From Hyphomicrobiaceae bacterium (GTDB lineage Bacteria; Pseudomonadota; Alphaproteobacteria; Rhizobiales; Hyphomicrobiaceae): DNA of 64,000 nucleotides. Position numbers and translations under genes: made by a program. Where the stretch lies: the NCBI GenBank assembly GCA_025359165.1, contig JANYHG010000063.1, positions 4,561-68,560 on the forward strand, in the 5' to 3' direction. Every line of letters starts with the position of its first letter. Positions within the stretch are counted from its first letter, which is position 1. Below, one piece after another: positions 48,495-58,315 of this stretch. The notes below the pieces were generated by a model. The model saw only the letters and a program-made list of their open reading frames with translations. It had not been told where the DNA came from and did no database searches.

Positions 48495-49208
48495 ATGTCC
48501 AACAGAGCCCTCCACGCCCATCGCAATCACCTCTTGCGGGCGCTGCCCGCACGCGAGTTGCGCATCGTCCAGACGCACTTGGAAGCGATCGACCTGGAGC
48601 GGGGGGCGGTGCTTGCCGATGTCGGCGATCCGATACGACACATGTACTTCCCCGAGACCGCCGTGCTGTCGATCAACCAGCCCTATGCCAGCGGCGACAG
48701 CGTCGAAGTGGCTGCTGTCGGATGCGAGGGCATGATCGATATCGCGGTGGCGCTGCGCAATGCCGAGCGATCGACCGCTCGCCACGTGGTCCAATTCGAT
48801 GGCCGAGCGATGCGACTGAAGCGCGGCGATTTCGATATGTTGTTTCAGTCGCAAACCGTCTTTCGCAAGCTCATTCACACGTTCGCTGCGGGTTTTATCG
48901 CGAGTACGCTGTTGTCGATCGCGTGCAACCGTCTGCATCTCGTGGAAGCGCGTCTCGCCCGCTGGCTGCTGATCGCACTGGACCGCAGCGTCGACCACAT
49001 CTTGCCGTTGACGCACGAAGTCATCGCCGAAATGCTGGGCGTGCACCGTCCGACGGTGACGGTAACGCTGCAATTGATCGAAAAATCGGGTGCGCTCAGG
49101 GTGTCGAGAGGACGCGTCGAGATCGTCGATCGTGCAATTCTGGAAAGCATTGCTTGCGAATGCTATCATAGGGCGGTCGAGCAGTTGCCGGCGGGTTGCG
49201 GGGCCTGA
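48495..49208 (+). CDS. Crp/Fnr-family transcriptional regulator
   Basis: cNMP-binding-like N-domain and C-terminal HTH EVIAEMLGVHRPTVTVTLQLIEKSGAL. No Fnr-type Cys cluster. Confidence 0.8.
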   Translation: MSNRALHAHRNHLLRALPARELRIVQTHLEAIDLERGAVLADVGDPIRHMYFPETAVLSINQPYASGDSVEVAAVGCEGMIDIAVALRNAERSTARHVVQFDGRAMRLKRGDFDMLFQSQTVFRKLIHTFAAGFIASTLLSIACNRLHLVEARLARWLLIALDRSVDHILPLTHEVIAEMLGVHRPTVTVTLQLIEKSGALRVSRGRVEIVDRAILESIACECYHRAVEQLPAGCGA

Positions 49209-49336
49209 CGACGCCTCACGCAAACCGTATGGCAGATGACAGACGTCAGGTCTTGCGAGTGGCTATGAACAACCTGTAGATGATAAGGCGGTGCGCTAAT
49301 CGGCGTAAGTGGCGCTGCACGCCGTCAGGGGGTTCG

Positions 49337-49681
49337 TTGTCACATCGCGTGCTCATAATCGAAGACGAGGCCCTCATAGCCATGGATCTCGAGGATGCGC
49401 TGACAGCAGGCGGCTTCGAGGTTGCCGGCATTGCGAAGTCGCTGAATGAAGCTTTGGCTGCTGCCGAGCGGGGCGATTTCAAAGTCGCGATCCTCGACGC
49501 GTTTTTATCTGGTGTCAGTTCGGCGCCTATTGCTGCCGTATTGAATGCGTCGGCGGTGCCGTTCGTCGTCGTGTCGGGATACGAAGCCGACGATCTGGCG
49601 TGGGCGCAAGGTGCGCGATTTGTTGGCAAGCCCTTCGATTATGTCGAACTCTGCGCGCTGCTCGGCGAAATTTGCGGTTGA
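49337..49681 (+). CDS. Single-domain response regulator (receiver only)
   Basis: VLIIEDE, AILDAFL (phospho-Asp), VVVSGY and GKPF motifs. TTG 49337 is preceded by AGGGGG. The maximal ORF starts at 49280. Confidence 0.72.
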   Translation: MSHRVLIIEDEALIAMDLEDALTAGGFEVAGIAKSLNEALAAAERGDFKVAILDAFLSGVSSAPIAAVLNASAVPFVVVSGYEADDLAWAQGARFVGKPFDYVELCALLGEICG

Positions 49682-49793
49682 TCCGACGACAGTGGTAACC
49701 TGTGGCAGGGCTGCCTTATGGTATAGCGGCATCGGAATGCGATGGGCATCCGCAAGGCTGCGATAGGCAGCCGAGACCTTAGGGGGACGACAC

Positions 49794-50186
49794 ATGATGC
49801 CGATCACAGCACTGGTTGCCGCGCTCTTGGCACCACTTTACCTCTTGCTTACATTTCGCGTTATCGGCCAGCGCCGGTCGACGAAGGTCGCTATCGGCGA
49901 CGGCGGCGACAAAGGGTTGACGCGACTGATGCGCGTGCACGCCAACTTCACCGAGACCGTTCCGTTTGCCCTTATTCTCATGGGATTGGCGGAAAGCCTC
50001 AATGCGCAGCCCCGGCTTCTCTACGCAGCCGCTGCCGCGTTGGTCGTTGGCCGCTTGGCGCATGCCTACGGCGTATCGCACTCGCCCGAAACATTCATGT
50101 TTCGAGCCACCGGCATGGTGCTGACATTCGTGAGCGTCGTCATCCTGGCGCTGGCCTGCGCCTTCGGTGCGATCGGACGCGTCTGA
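49794..50186 (+). CDS. MAPEG-family membrane protein
   Basis: 130 aa with 3-4 TM segments and an RVHANFTETVPFALILMGLAE block. Confidence 0.72.
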   Translation: MMPITALVAALLAPLYLLLTFRVIGQRRSTKVAIGDGGDKGLTRLMRVHANFTETVPFALILMGLAESLNAQPRLLYAAAAALVVGRLAHAYGVSHSPETFMFRATGMVLTFVSVVILALACAFGAIGRV

Positions 50187-50200
50187 TTGCGCGGTGCCCT

Positions 50201-50677
50201 CTACTCGCGCGCGGGAGCAGCTTGGCGCAAGGCAAACCCGAGCGGCAGTTCGGTCGTATATTTGATCTGCTCCATGGCGAACGCGGACGACACCTTGGCG
50301 ATCTCGACGCGCGCAATCAGCCGCTTGTAGAAGGCGTCATAGGCGGCGATATCGGGCACGACGACCCGCATGAGATAATCGACTTCGCCACTCATGCGAT
50401 AGAACTCGACGACTTCAGGAAAATCGTTGACTGCGGCGTGAAATTTCTCGAGCCACGCCGTGGAATGCTGGTCGGTCTTGATCGACACGAAGACCGTCAC
50501 CGCGGCGTTCACCTTGACCGGGTCCAGCACGGCCACGCGCCGCCGCACTACGCCGGTTTCGTCGAGTTTCTGGATGCGCCGCCAGCATGGCGTGGTCGAT
50601 AAGCCCACCTCCTTGCCGATTTCAGCGACCGGCTTGGTGGCGTCGGCCTGCAGCTGGCGGAGAATCTTGATGTCCAT
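50201..50677 (-). CDS. Lrp/AsnC-family transcriptional regulator
   Basis: HTH_AsnC (MDIKILRQLQADATKPVAEIGKEVGLSTTPCWRRIQKL) plus a RAM domain. Confidence 0.88.
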   Translation of the reverse strand: MDIKILRQLQADATKPVAEIGKEVGLSTTPCWRRIQKLDETGVVRRRVAVLDPVKVNAAVTVFVSIKTDQHSTAWLEKFHAAVNDFPEVVEFYRMSGEVDYLMRVVVPDIAAYDAFYKRLIARVEIAKVSSAFAMEQIKYTTELPLGFALRQAAPARE

Positions 50678-50820
50678 TTCGTCGAGCGCCACAGTTCGTC
50701 TCCGACTTCCAAGCCTGCACACATTTTTTCACGTAAGCCCAAAATCTGGTATTGTTTGCTTTGCAAAGCAAATATATTCCGTCACGACGTCAATGAAATT
50801 TCAAAAACTGGAAGAATGTC

Positions 50821-51258
50821 ATGGTGCGCATCGCTTGTCTGTCACCCTCGTTCGCGGTTGCTGGCGAACTCACGGCCGCCGATTTCGTCGAGATCCAGGC
50901 GCAAGGCTTCAAGGCGATCCTGGCCAACCGCCCCGACGGCGAAAGCGCGACGCAACTGTCGGCCGCCAGGACCGAGCAGCTCGCCGCCGAGCATGGCATG
51001 GCTTTCCGTTACCTGCCGTTGGTGATGGCCGACGTGCTGGAGCCGCGCACGTCAATTGAGACTCAGGCAGCGATCGATGCGATGCCGGGTCCGGTGCTCG
51101 CCTTCTGCCGATCGGGGACCCGTTCGGCGATGGCGTGGGCTGCGACCGCGAGCCTGACTGACCCCGTCGCCGGCGTCATCGCAGCGCTGAAGCAGGCGGA
51201 CTTTGAAATTCCCGGACTGGCCGACGAACTCGCGGCACGCGCGGCGGCGCGGAAATAG
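50821..51258 (+). CDS. TIGR01244/DUF442-family (Blh N-domain-like) sulfur-transferase/phosphatase-fold protein
   Basis: Pattern LSPSFAVAGELTAADFVEIQAQGFKAILANRPDGE...AFCRSGTRS. Confidence 0.72.
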   Translation: MVRIACLSPSFAVAGELTAADFVEIQAQGFKAILANRPDGESATQLSAARTEQLAAEHGMAFRYLPLVMADVLEPRTSIETQAAIDAMPGPVLAFCRSGTRSAMAWAATASLTDPVAGVIAALKQADFEIPGLADELAARAAARK

Positions 51259-51309
51259 CACGGCGCAGCCCGGGACAGCGTTTCGGTGGCGGCTGAATGT
51301 CTGCCTCAA

Positions 51310-51371
51310 CGACGGTGCCGCTGAAGCCTCAAGACCGTCCGTTCAAAGGAACACAGCCGACGGTGCCGCTG
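51310..51371. repeat. 14-nt direct repeat CGACGGTGCCGCTG (51310-51323 and 51358-51371)
   Basis: Read directly. The copies are 48 nt apart in a non-coding stretch. Confidence 0.9.
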
Positions 51372-51404
51372 TGGGCCGCAAGGAGACTAAAGTGGCGCAA
51401 GAAT

Positions 51405-51461
51405 CCCCTCTCCCCGTTCTTCACGGGGAGAGGGTTAGGGTGAGGGGCCGCAACGAGTTCG
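51405..51461 (+). repeat. REP-like palindromic intergenic element, copy A
   Basis: CCCCTCTCCCCG-TTCTTCA-CGGGGAGAGGGTTAGGGTGAGGGGCCGCAACGAGTTCG. It contains a 10-12 bp hairpin. Confidence 0.85.
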
Positions 51462-51830
51462 GAGCCTTCGCCGGGCATGTCCGCTGTTGACGGTCGAGCT
51501 GCCGTTCGGCAGGGCTCGATTGGTTCAAAAGGAGTTACGCTCTTGACCCGTTGCAGCCCTCCGGCAGCTTTGACGCGGGACGGGCGGGTTGTCGCCAGGA
51601 AGCGGACACGCAATGCATTCCCAACACATTCCGCGCGCACGACAGGGATTGTGGAGCAATGCGGATGATTCGTGCGCCGTCAAACCGATCCTCACGCCCG
51701 ATGAACGGGCCCGACCTCAGGAAGATTCGCGGTGTATTTGACTAGTCTCAGGACCGGCTTGCCGCAGCGCACGGCAAGAACATCGCGACTATCAGCAGAT
51801 GGGAACGAGGCAAAACGCGCGAGCCGTCTC

Positions 51831-52526
51831 TCACTGGAACCGGTAGATTACCGCAGCGCGAAAGAGCGTGCGCTGGTGACTAAGTTCTTGCGTAGAGGGC
51901 ACATAAAAGGCATTGCCAATGGTCGCCCCGTCAAATTTGTACGTCTTCTTGCCGGAGTCGTAATACAACCCCTCTGCACGTAAGCTGACGTTTGCAGGAA
52001 GCGAAAGCTGAACGCCCGCGCCGATAACATAACCGAAATAGCGGAGCGTGGTCGTGTAGGCAGTGCTGACGTTGGCGGGAACAGGGTTTACGTTCACCGC
52101 ATCGGTGCCTATACCGGCGGTACCATAAAAGAGCGCTGGACCGGCAGCAACTCCGGCGCGCCCGCGCAGACTCCAGAAATCGTGTCCTGGGGTCGATGGG
52201 CTGGTTTGTGCGAGCGTCACGTCGCTCTCAACGCCGTATACGAAGCTCCCGTGTTGCCAATTATAGCCAGCGAGCGCCCCGTACCAGGGGCGGCTCGAAA
52301 ACGGCGCGGAAATGTGCCCCGACAACTTAACCGAGGGGGTAAAATTTGGATCGGTTGCGTAGTTGTACTGCGATGTCAATGTCCGCCAATCGCCGTGCCC
52401 ACCAGCGTAGAAGCCTTGCCAGATAGCTGGCCGAATGACGTTGGCCCCGCTAGATACTTCTTCCGCAGCCGCAGGTAACGCCGTGGCGAGCAACATTCCC
52501 AAAAAAGTACGTACCCGCATCCGCAT
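51831..52526 (-). CDS. Outer-membrane beta-barrel protein (Omp25/RopB-type small porin family)
   Basis: Signal peptide MRMRVRTFLGMLLATALPAAA|EE, alternating Gly/aromatic beta-strand pattern, and C-terminal AAVIYRFQ. Confidence 0.75.
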   Translation of the reverse strand: MRMRVRTFLGMLLATALPAAAEEVSSGANVIRPAIWQGFYAGGHGDWRTLTSQYNYATDPNFTPSVKLSGHISAPFSSRPWYGALAGYNWQHGSFVYGVESDVTLAQTSPSTPGHDFWSLRGRAGVAAGPALFYGTAGIGTDAVNVNPVPANVSTAYTTTLRYFGYVIGAGVQLSLPANVSLRAEGLYYDSGKKTYKFDGATIGNAFYVPSTQELSHQRTLFRAAVIYRFQ

Positions 52527-52970
52527 CAGCCCCTGAATTATCGTATGTATACGAAACAACGTCGCGAAAGGTCCGTCAACGAACCGATAGCGCCCAAGGT
52601 GACATTCGCATCCGCTGTTACCAAACCGCCACTTGTTGGTGCCACTTTTGCAACTGTTCCAAATCCGGCAGGTCAAATGACTAGGCACGTGTCTCGTGCA
52701 TCCGCGCGATGAACGCCGGTCGTGCACGTCGCGCTGCGGCTGAAAGAGATCAGGAGCCGGCAATTGCAAAAGGAGCGGGGCGCTCTTTTCGGGCCGTAGT
52801 CGCCGCGGCTGAAGCCCTCGGGCTCCCTGACGCTGTACGTCAAAAAGCGACCATAGATTTCAGCTCAATGCCGCTGCAAGTGACGGCAGCAATTGGCCCT
52901 GACCGCCCTTGTTCTCATTTCCGTCGAAACCGTCGCGAACAAATTACAAGCGGACGCACTTGGCTAGCAT

Positions 52971-53028
52971 CGAACTCGTTGCCGCCCCTCTCCCTAACCC
53001 TCTCCCCGCTAACCGGCGGGGAGAGGGG
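52971..53028 (-). repeat. REP-like palindromic intergenic element, copy B (inverted relative to A)
   Basis: The reverse complement reads CCCCTCTCCCCG-CCGGTTAG-CGGGGAGAGGGTTAGGGAGAGGGGCGGCAACGAGTTCG. It is identical to copy A apart from the loop and 2 substitutions. Confidence 0.85.
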
Positions 53029-53151
53029 ACAAAAGCGCCTGTCTTCGTCAGCCCCGGCTCATCAGCGACGGCTGGCGGCGGAGACATTTCGTCGACGGGA
53101 ACGGATTTTTGGGCCTGTCGGCGGGCGTCTTTGCTCTGCACGTCCGACGCC

Positions 53152-53790
53152 TCACAGTCGGGCTCTCACCTCGCGGCGCAGGTGGGGTAGCAGATCGGTG
53201 TCGAACCACGTGTTCTGCTTCAGCCAAGTATTGTTGCGCCATGAGGGATGCGGCAGCGGGATCGCGGTGACGTGTTCGAAGGTGCGGGTCGGGCCAGGTT
53301 CGGCAATGACGCGCCAGTCCGCCATGACGTCGCTGAGCCGCTGCGTGCCGCGTTGCGGCAGATGCCAACGCTGCGCGGAAGCGCCGATCAGCAACAGCAG
53401 TTCGATCTGGGGCAACAGCGCGAACAGCTGGGCGTGCCAGCGCGCTCGGCACTCCGGACGCGGTGGACGGTCGCCACCGTTGGCATCCTGACCCGGAAAA
53501 CAGAAGCCCATGGGAATGACGGCGATCCGCGCCACGTCGTAGAACTCGTCGTCGCTGACACCCATCCAGCCGCGCAACCGCACGCCCGACGGATCGGTAA
53601 ACGGCAGACCGGACGCATGCACGCGGGTTCCCGGTGCCTGCCCGCACACCGCAATCCGCGCGGTCTCACTGACGCGAAGCACGGGTCGCGGTTCGTGCGG
53701 CAACGGTTTGCCGCGCGGGTCGTCGCGACAGAGCCGGCAGCTCCGAATTTCTGCGATGCAGATGTCGAGCGGCGTGGACGTGCGCGCCAA
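53152..53790 (-). CDS. Uracil-DNA glycosylase superfamily protein
   Basis: GQAPG motif and C-terminal HPSWRN motif. The only plausible start is TTG 53790, 1 nt after the upstream GST stop. The rest of the 311-aa ORF overlaps the GST gene out of frame. Confidence 0.68.
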   Translation of the reverse strand: MARTSTPLDICIAEIRSCRLCRDDPRGKPLPHEPRPVLRVSETARIAVCGQAPGTRVHASGLPFTDPSGVRLRGWMGVSDDEFYDVARIAVIPMGFCFPGQDANGGDRPPRPECRARWHAQLFALLPQIELLLLIGASAQRWHLPQRGTQRLSDVMADWRVIAEPGPTRTFEHVTAIPLPHPSWRNNTWLKQNTWFDTDLLPHLRREVRARL

Positions 53791-53791
53791 C

Positions 53792-54403
53792 TCAGGCTTT
53801 CGCGCTCGGGCGGGCAGAAACGTCCGCGTACCAGCGTTCGAGATGCTGCAGGCCTTCGGGTCGTGATATCCGCGCCGGACGCATGAAGTCGATGGCACAC
53901 ATCGCCGTGATATCGGCCACCGAGAAGCTGTCGCCGGCGATGAACGCACGGTCGGCCAGTTCGGCATCCAGCATCTGCACGATGGCAAGGGCTTTAGGCT
54001 TGTTGGCCTCGGCCCATTCTTTGACCTGCGGGGTCTCCAATGGTGCCATCGCCGGGTGGCCGTGGCGGAAGGCGGATGCGACCGCAAACATCAGCCCGAG
54101 TTCCATGCGACGGTTCCACATTTCGACCGTGGCGCGCTGCTTGGCTCCGGTGCCCATCAGAGCCGGCGTCGGGTTGGTTTCCTCGAAGTAGCGGCAGATG
54201 GCCATCGTTTCCGAGATGGCGCTGCCGTCGTCGAGCACCAGCACGGGCACGCGCTGGAATTTGTTCAGTTTCGTAAATTCCGGCGTCTTGAGCGCGCCCT
54301 TCATCAGATCGTATTCCTCGTACTGCATCTCGATACCCTTCTCGGCGAGAAAGATGCGGACGCGGCGGGGATTGGGCGCGGTGCGTGTTTCGAGGATTTT
54401 CAT
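53792..54403 (-). CDS. Glutathione S-transferase
   Basis: Thioredoxin-like N-domain (MKILETRTAPNPRRVRIFLAEKGI..., VPVLVLDDGSAISETMAICRYFEE) and a helical C-domain. Confidence 0.85.
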   Translation of the reverse strand: MKILETRTAPNPRRVRIFLAEKGIEMQYEEYDLMKGALKTPEFTKLNKFQRVPVLVLDDGSAISETMAICRYFEETNPTPALMGTGAKQRATVEMWNRRMELGLMFAVASAFRHGHPAMAPLETPQVKEWAEANKPKALAIVQMLDAELADRAFIAGDSFSVADITAMCAIDFMRPARISRPEGLQHLERWYADVSARPSAKA

Positions 54404-54568
54404 GAGCGCGGCTCCGGCAGGAGGGGACGTTGGCGGGTCGACCGCCTTACAGGTAGCCAACAGACACGCGCTGCGCAAGCAAACGGCAGAGTTGCTGCCA
54501 CCGCCGTCGCAATTTTTATTGTAAGATCAGATCGTGGCAGCATCGCCACCGGAGCCCAGCGCGCCTGC

Positions 54569-56389
54569 ATGGCATCATCGATCAATCTCGCCATCTACTC
54601 AGACGCGCTGGTCGTGCTCGGCACGGCCGGCGTCGTAGTGCCTGCCGTGCATCGCTGGGGCATCAGCCCGGTGCTCGGATATCTCGGTGCAGGTGCGCTG
54701 CTCGGCCCCTTGGGTCTCGGCTCTTTCGTCAAGCAGATACCGTTGCTCTACTGGGTGACTGTCGGCGACGCCAGGAATGTCGCCGGAATTGCCGACCTGG
54801 GCGTGGTTTTCCTGTTGTTCCTGATCGGTTTGGAGCTGTCCTACGAGCGCCTGCTCGGCATGCGCCGACTGGTGTTCGGGCTCGGACTGCTGCAGGTGCT
54901 GGTTACCACGTCGCTGCTGGCAGCGATCATCGCCCGTCTCGGACAGACGCCCGCCGTGGCGATCATGCTCGGCGGGTGCCTCGCGCTGTCGTCGACCGCC
55001 ATCGTTCTGGAAGTGTTGGCAAACCAGGGTCGCCTCTCGTCGCAGACGGGCCGCGCGAGCTTTGCCATACTGCTAGCGCAAGACTTGGCCGTAATCCCGC
55101 TGTTGATGTTCGTGTCCATTCTGGGGGCGGGCAAATCCGGCTCTGTGATGGCGACCGTCGCGCTGGCTCTGATGCAAGGCATCGCTGCCCTGGCCCTGAT
55201 CGTCGGCGTCGGGCGATCGGTGCTGCGTCCGCTGTTCCGGCAGGTGGCAAGGACACGGTCGAGCGAGTTGTTCATCGCCGCCATTCTGTTCGTCATCATC
55301 GCGACTGGTGTCGTCGCCGCGCTGGCGCATCTGTCGATGGCGCTCGGCGCGTTCGTGGCGGGACTGCTGTTGGCGGAGACCGAGTACCGCAAGGCGATCG
55401 AGGCGACCATCGAGCCGTTCAAAGGCCTGTTGCTGGGGCTGTTTTTCTTCACAGTGGGCATGTCGATCGACGCGCGGGAGCTGGCGCGGCAGCCGATGTT
55501 ACTGCTGGCGTGCGTTGTCGGGCTGATCGGGCTTAAGGCTGCGATTGTCGCACTGCTGACGACGTTGTTCAAACTGCCGCGTGCGACGTCGATCGAAACC
55601 GGTTTGCTGCTGGGTCCCGGCGGCGAGTTCGCTTTTGTCGGCATCGGCCTCGCGGCCTCGCTGGCGGTGGTGACGCCAGAGGTCGCAAGCTTCAGTCTCG
55701 CGGTGACGTCGATGACGATGGTGCTGATACCGGTCCTGGCGGTGTCGGCGAAAAGGCTGTCGCCGCTGCTCAGGAGGCCGGCGCCGGCCGATCCGGCGTT
55801 GGAGCTGAAACCCGAACCCAAGCAGCAGCACGCCATCGTTGTCGGCTATGGCCGCGTCGGCAAGGTCATCTGCACGATGCTGGAGCGGCATGGCATCGCC
55901 TACACGGCGGTCGATGTCGACGCCGATACCGTGACTGCGGAACGGGCCAACGGCCGCATGGTGTATTATGGCGATGCTTCCAGTCCGGCGTTTCTGAGTG
56001 CCTGCGGTCTGCCGGACGCGTCGGGCGTGATCGTCACGATCCATACAAATGCGCTGATCGAGGACATCGTCGCCGAAGTCCGCGCGGCACGGCCGGATGT
56101 TCTGATCGTCGCGCGCGCCCGCGACGCCGACCATGCGCGGAACCTCTATGCGATGGGCGTCACCGACGCGGTCCCGGAAACCATCGAGGCCAGCTTGCAG
56201 CTGTCCGAGGCGGCACTTGTCGGCCTCGGCATTCCCACCGGCTACGCCATCGCCTCGATCCACGAGCAGCGCGATGAATTCCGTCGCGAGTTGCAAGAGG
56301 CAGCGAAAGAGGTCGGCATTCCCGCAACCCGCGCCATCCGGCGAAGCGCCAGAAACCGCCAGGGCGCAAGCGTTTGGCGCGAGATATGA
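54569..56389 (+). CDS. CPA2-family K+/H+ antiporter with C-terminal TrkA-N/RCK domain (KefB/KefC-like)
   Basis: GISPVLGYLGAGALLGPLGLG, LGVVFLLFLIGLELS and RCK fold HAIVVGYGRVGKVICTML. The ORF-track start 54056 adds 171 aa antisense to the GST gene. Confidence 0.85.
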   Translation: MASSINLAIYSDALVVLGTAGVVVPAVHRWGISPVLGYLGAGALLGPLGLGSFVKQIPLLYWVTVGDARNVAGIADLGVVFLLFLIGLELSYERLLGMRRLVFGLGLLQVLVTTSLLAAIIARLGQTPAVAIMLGGCLALSSTAIVLEVLANQGRLSSQTGRASFAILLAQDLAVIPLLMFVSILGAGKSGSVMATVALALMQGIAALALIVGVGRSVLRPLFRQVARTRSSELFIAAILFVIIATGVVAALAHLSMALGAFVAGLLLAETEYRKAIEATIEPFKGLLLGLFFFTVGMSIDARELARQPMLLLACVVGLIGLKAAIVALLTTLFKLPRATSIETGLLLGPGGEFAFVGIGLAASLAVVTPEVASFSLAVTSMTMVLIPVLAVSAKRLSPLLRRPAPADPALELKPEPKQQHAIVVGYGRVGKVICTMLERHGIAYTAVDVDADTVTAERANGRMVYYGDASSPAFLSACGLPDASGVIVTIHTNALIEDIVAEVRAARPDVLIVARARDADHARNLYAMGVTDAVPETIEASLQLSEAALVGLGIPTGYAIASIHEQRDEFRRELQEAAKEVGIPATRAIRRSARNRQGASVWREI

Positions 56390-56493
56390 TCTCCATCTTT
56401 GGCCGGCGCGGCTGGTAAACAACTCTTCAATCATTTGCGGCAGGATACGGTTCGAGCCTGGGTGTCAGGCCCGGAACCTGCAGGACCCGCTCC

Positions 56494-58197
56494 GTGTCGA
56501 CCGCCACAAGCCCGTCACCCAACCGCAGAGCATTCGACGAGGTGCCGTCCCCCAAGGTGCGCGTCATCGATCGCGGTGCGCCGGCTGCTGCTACGGCACC
56601 GTCCTCGGCGCGGCATAGCAAGCCTAACGCCGGCAAGTCCTCAGCCCCGAAGGCCCTGAGCGAAGTCCGCGACGCCCGCGCACGTTTGTCGCAGACGCCG
56701 ACGGGGAAACCCGATTTCGGCATCGAGCTGCTGCAGATTTTCGTGCGCAACGAGTTGCAGGCGTTACCTACCCTGCCCTTGCTGGCGCTGATTTTTGCGC
56801 TGGCGTCCATGTTCTGGGCGCCTGCGGTCCAGGCAGCGCTGTGGCTTTGCTGCGTCATCATCGCCAAGCTCATCATGGTGCATGCGTGTCGTTTATTCGA
56901 AGCCCGGCAGTCGTCGACAGCGACCGACGAAGACTGGTTGCGGCGGCTGATCGGTGCGGAGTTTCTATCGGGATTGACCTGGGCCGGACTTGCCCTGGTG
57001 GGCATGTCGGTGGCGGATGCGTCGAGCCAGGTTTTCATTCTGGTTTCGCTGGTGGTCTTCATCGCGATGCGCATGACCTTCGCCTCGACGGTGTTGCCGA
57101 TATTCTACGTCGGCACGGTGCCCATGACGATCGCGGTGGTCGGGCGCATGATGTTGCAAAACCATTCATTCTACTTCGCGATGGCGTCGATGGCTGCGGG
57201 GTTGCATGTCTACTTCATCATCATGGCGCAACGCCTCAACGTGACGGCGCTGGCCATGCTCGAGTTCCGAGCGGAAAAGGACGCGCTGATCGCAGAGCTG
57301 GAGGAAGAGAAGTCGATTTCGGACAACGCGCGCGCGCAAGCTGAAGCCGCCAATATCGCCAAGTCGCGATTTCTCGCCACGATGAGCCATGAATTGCGCA
57401 CGCCGCTCAATGCCATTCTCGGCTTTTCCGAGGTGATGCACACGGAGCTGCTTGGACCTATCAACAACGCGAACTATAAAGAGTATGCAGGCAGCATTCA
57501 CGACAGCGGCAGCCACCTGCTCAATCTCATCAACGAGATTTTGGATCTGTCACGTATCGAAGCCGGCAAATACGAACTGACCGAAGAGTCGGTCGAACTG
57601 GCGGAGATCGTTGGCGACTGCTGGCGGCTGTTGAAGCTGCGCGCCGACGGTAAAAGTCAGACTGTGTTGTTCTCACTGGATCCGACGGCACCGTGCGTGT
57701 GGGCGGATGCGCGCGCAACGCGGCAGATCTGCCTCAACCTGATGTCGAATGCGCTGAAGTTTACGCCGCTCGGCGGGCAAATCCTGATATCGGTCGCCAT
57801 GGCATCGGATGGCAGCCAGCGGCTCGCCGTCAAGGACAACGGGCCGGGGATTCCGGCCTCGGAGATCCACAAGGTGCTGCAGCCGTTTGGGCAGGGCTCC
57901 CTGGCGCAGCAGACGGCGGAAGGCGGGACCGGGCTCGGCCTGCCCATCGTCAAGGGTTTGATCGAGTTGCATGGCGGCGCATTCGAACTCACCAGCGAAT
58001 TGCGCAAAGGCACCACCGCGTCAGTTCACTTTCCCGCCGACCGCGTCGCCACCGCTTCACCGTCGACGACGCCCAGCCCGGCACCCACAACTCAAGTCTT
58101 AGCAATTCCCGTGCCCAGGGATCGGCGACAGCCACGGCGGTTCGTCAGCGCTGCTGGTGCCGCAGACCCGCGCCGTCGCGCAACAGATGGCAGCTAA
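56494..58197 (+). CDS. Membrane sensor histidine kinase (HisKA/HATPase_c, no receiver)
   Basis: About 5-6 TM segments. H-box MSHELRTPLNAILGFSE, N-box NLMSNALKFT, G1 DNGPGI, G2 GTGLGLPI. The GTG start is uncertain. Confidence 0.85.
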   Translation: MSTATSPSPNRRAFDEVPSPKVRVIDRGAPAAATAPSSARHSKPNAGKSSAPKALSEVRDARARLSQTPTGKPDFGIELLQIFVRNELQALPTLPLLALIFALASMFWAPAVQAALWLCCVIIAKLIMVHACRLFEARQSSTATDEDWLRRLIGAEFLSGLTWAGLALVGMSVADASSQVFILVSLVVFIAMRMTFASTVLPIFYVGTVPMTIAVVGRMMLQNHSFYFAMASMAAGLHVYFIIMAQRLNVTALAMLEFRAEKDALIAELEEEKSISDNARAQAEAANIAKSRFLATMSHELRTPLNAILGFSEVMHTELLGPINNANYKEYAGSIHDSGSHLLNLINEILDLSRIEAGKYELTEESVELAEIVGDCWRLLKLRADGKSQTVLFSLDPTAPCVWADARATRQICLNLMSNALKFTPLGGQILISVAMASDGSQRLAVKDNGPGIPASEIHKVLQPFGQGSLAQQTAEGGTGLGLPIVKGLIELHGGAFELTSELRKGTTASVHFPADRVATASPSTTPSPAPTTQVLAIPVPRDRRQPRRFVSAAGAADPRRRATDGS

Positions 58198-58315
58198 TCA
58201 CCGGAACGATCCGTCATTCGCCTCGTTTCCGCTGCAGTTGGCATGGTAACACCGGAGATGAAGCTCTAGTGTCCTCACACTAGGGTCATACGGCAGCTGC
58301 ACTGCGAGGGCCACA

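Noticed and set aside
48387-49223. 278-aa minus-strand ORF and 249-aa plus-strand alternate-frame ORF overlapping the Crp-like regulator.
   Set aside because: Only the frame starting at 48495 gives a cNMP-binding fold plus HTH. The others are Arg-rich shadow ORFs.
51329-51640. ORFs translating the REP-like elements (PHPNPLPVKNGERG at 51329-51640 on the minus strand, and PLPNPLPANRRGEG at 52909-53190 on the plus strand).
   Set aside because: These peptide strings are the well-known translation artefact of GGGGAGAGG-type palindromic repeats. There is no start context and no conservation beyond the repeat.
54056-54568. 171-aa N-terminal extension of the Kef-like antiporter ORF.
   Set aside because: It runs antisense through the GST gene and has no antiporter-like sequence. 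The canonical N-terminus (MASSINLAIYSDALVVLG...) begins at ATG 54569.
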